Assembly: GCA_000165425.1 (NCBI GenBank)
Contig: CT867990.1
Span: 248,001 to 306,506, forward strand
DNA: 58,506 bases
Direction of reading: 5' to 3'
Source: Paramecium tetraurelia
Taxonomy: Eukaryota
In this document: piece by piece, positions 55,760 to 58,506 of the stretch
How positions within the stretch are numbered: position 1 is the first letter of the stretch
Layout: every line of letters starts with the position of its first letter
Made by a program: the position numbers and the translations under genes
Notes under the pieces: generated by a model
Told to the model about the DNA's origin: nothing
Databases searched by the model: none
The model's input: the letters and a program-made list of their open reading frames with translations, nothing else

Positions 55760-58506
55760 TAATTGATACAATTTTGAATTACCATCTCCTCTAAAACTAA
55801 ATATAAAACTTGGAGACGCCATAATCATAATTAAACAAGATGATGTCACAATTTCAATTCGCTCAAGGCATAAGACTGTATTAATTAATTCATATCAAAT
55901 GAAGCTCTATTATTCAAACAACAATATAATTAATTTTGAGATTACTTTGTTGTTATAAAATACAAATAAAATAAAAGTCAAACATCTTAAAGTGAATTAC
56001 AGCAATACTTGCACAAAATTGTATTAATTCTTAATTACAACTAGCATCAAAGCATAGCCCTCACATTTTGCAACTTATTTGGAAGAAATCAAAACATCTT
56101 TTCACCTAAATTCAGCGTAACAACAAGTGTTGCAAAATCATACAGACTTGGTGGAATCGAGGTCGATGCGGTACAAATTTGCTAAGCTTTAGTACATTGA
56201 CAATCAACTTGTATCTCTCTTGGTCACAAATTTTTGCTTAATCTTTGGAATAAAATCTTTATTTATCAGAAGCATATTGAAACTTTGTGATTAAGATTCG
56301 AGTACTTCCAATGCTTTGCTATCAAATCTGATGCATATGCTTTATGGGATGTCTTGTAAACAAAATTAGAAAATTTTGTAAACTATTAATAATGGGGGGA
56401 AACCATCTTAAATATGTTCTCAAGCTCACTTTGGTTCTTACAGCTTGATAATCATTCAAATGCTTCCTTTTTAGTGATTAGATTCTTGAGAACCATGCAA
56501 AGCATGAGAAGATGCTGTGACTAATGCATATCTTTTTAGATGAACTCAATCTCTAGCAATCTTAAATTTTGGGCTCTTTGCTTTCCTTGTGTTAACATGC
56601 AACAATTTCCTTGTAAGACTATGCACGTCTAATAGTATTGAAGTGTTGATCCTACTAATTCATTGAAATCTGATCCTACTGAATTTACGTTACATCTTGC
56701 TTTCGAGCTACTGCTTTCCAAGGGATTTGACTGGATTACATCACCATACCCTGCTTGAGTATAATAATTAATAGCTACTATTTAATGCGGTCAATGTTTT
56801 CCCTAGGCTTTACATTTTTATAAACATTAAATAAATATAGCACAAGAAACCTTTTAGACTTAAGATTTTTAAACAATATCATTATGCATGTAAGAGGCTT
56901 AACATGTCTGTTTAGTGTAAATATTGTGCTAATGATGCTGGTATGAAAACTATGAGCTACAAATATTAATCATTCTATAGATATTTATTTATTATTATTG
57001 TTTTTATCGTAAAATTTTATTAACAATAGCTCTTTGTTCTAATCTATATTTCATTATTTGTATGTCCTCTTTCTCCTAATAAAGTGAAAAATAAAGTATA
57101 TAATACTATAGTTGTTAATATTATATGGCTTTACCCGTGGCTTTGAATAAGTTTCTCCATTTCCTATTTGTTTGGTATGATCTGTAAATAATAGCTTTCT
57201 ACTCGTTGTGCTTATTAAATCCTCTTAACAAATATGTAGAAAATTACTTTGTAGCTTATGCTGAAACAGTTAAAAGCAAATATCCTTCTTTCATTGTAAA
57301 AAGAAATTTTTTATTTGAAGAATTTTTTCAAAATTTGTACTACTGCTTCGAATGGGAACACCCTTTCTTTAATGTTCTTTGTTAGCTGTGTATTTTATGG
57401 CAGCTAAAACTTGAAAGTCTGAGTTTACTGGATATCCTTATTGTTTACTTGTTTTTTTTAATGTTCTGATGATCATTCAAAGTTCATAAACTCCTAATGA
57501 TTAGTAATACTTTTGTACTAGCAACTATATCATATGATAAATAACTTTACGTATATTACTTTTAAAACGCAAGCATAAAATGCTTGAATTTCTGGATTGC
57601 ATTAATGTTAATATTTTCATATCTTGGTTGTATAAGTTCCTGAAGACGACTGTGATATAATTATCCTTCGTCACTACTATTACAAAGGACGTGTTCTAAT
57701 TGAGTGGCGTCAACACTTACACAGGATTTGTATGTAAATTAAATTTGGCACTTCTCTTCTTCAATGAATGTGATGTACGAGCACTGCGCATCAACAATAA
57801 ATACTATCTAATTCCCAAATGCAAAACTAATAAGACATCAATTATTACCTATCTCCTTTAAGTTCTTCAAGTTCGCTTGCTACTTGTTTTTATTGGCAGT
57901 CCCAATGTTACTATCAAATTGCATGCGTAACTAGCCGTAATTAACTATTGAAAGTGACTTTCGTAAGTTACTATTAGTGAACGTTGTTCCTTTTTAGTGG
58001 TCAAGTCTCACATTCTGTCTTGGAGAAATGCTCGATTTATTGCTTATATATAGTGATATTAAAAAGTATTTCTAAACTCCTAAATATTAAGTCCTTCATG
58101 CACATAAACTTATACAGATTAAAATAGTGGGATCTTTTGCCTCACGCTTTTTATACTATGTATGTTTCATGATATACTGGTTGCCGTCATTTTTATAAAT
58201 TGTTGTTCTAGCTAGTCTCCATACATTAATATTTAATACAAAAGCTGCATGTTCCAATTCTTAAAGAGTAAATCTCCAAGCTAATACCCTTATAAAATGT
58301 TTAGCTCTAGTTATTCTATGTGTTAAATAATGCTCCATAAAAGTTTATGTCCCAACTGTTTAGCCTACAATTATAATTATGGAGCAAAAACAATGCGGTT
58401 TTGTTTCAGATTGCAAATTTTATCGATATTTAGGCCTTGTACTAATATTCGTAATGATTGGAACCTTGTAGCTCAGTCTAAAAAATCTAACATTCTCTTT
58501 AAATTT
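55760..58506 (-). pseudogene. 3' part of a second decayed surface-antigen-like gene, extending beyond window end
   Basis: Minus-strand remnants KSCVSVDATQLEHVLCNS, NYYTQAG, SDFNELVGST (compare recalled i-antigen CSSYTVQAG / DQSCADLTGTT). Very degenerate. Confidence 0.45.

Noticed and set aside
56647..56686. Short direct repeat tgatcctact(g)aatt x2
   Set aside because: A two-copy microduplication within a decayed pseudogene, with no array structure.

Overview
AT-rich ciliate DNA, almost certainly Paramecium macronuclear-type sequence. TAA/TAG are read as Gln (genetic code 6), only TGA stops, and introns are 20-30 nt GT-AG. The supplied ORF track uses the standard code, so it fragments real genes and reports antisense shadows; all models below were re-read by hand. 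Bases 1 to ~37,100 are gene-dense, with about 25 genes: PP1 inhibitor-2, IFT70, CCDC148, a divergent PABP, Sec61-gamma, a kinase-LRR protein, PARP, a PP2A/PP4-family pseudogene, MPC, an atypical eIF2alpha-type kinase, a CDPK-like pseudokinase, glutathione synthetase with a GST-like N-terminal extension, a RING-H2 protein, four tandem PH-like/CAMK kinases, a CDPK and a hybrid histidine kinase. From ~37,100 to the end the DNA is mostly decayed surface-antigen, Cys-rich and WD40 pseudogenes around one apparently intact ~2,100-aa Cys-rich multi-pass membrane gene. Best leads are the GST-like/GSS fusion, a start codon split by an intron, three independently inactivated kinases, and the surface-antigen graveyard. 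Intron and pseudogene boundaries were read by eye and are approximate.
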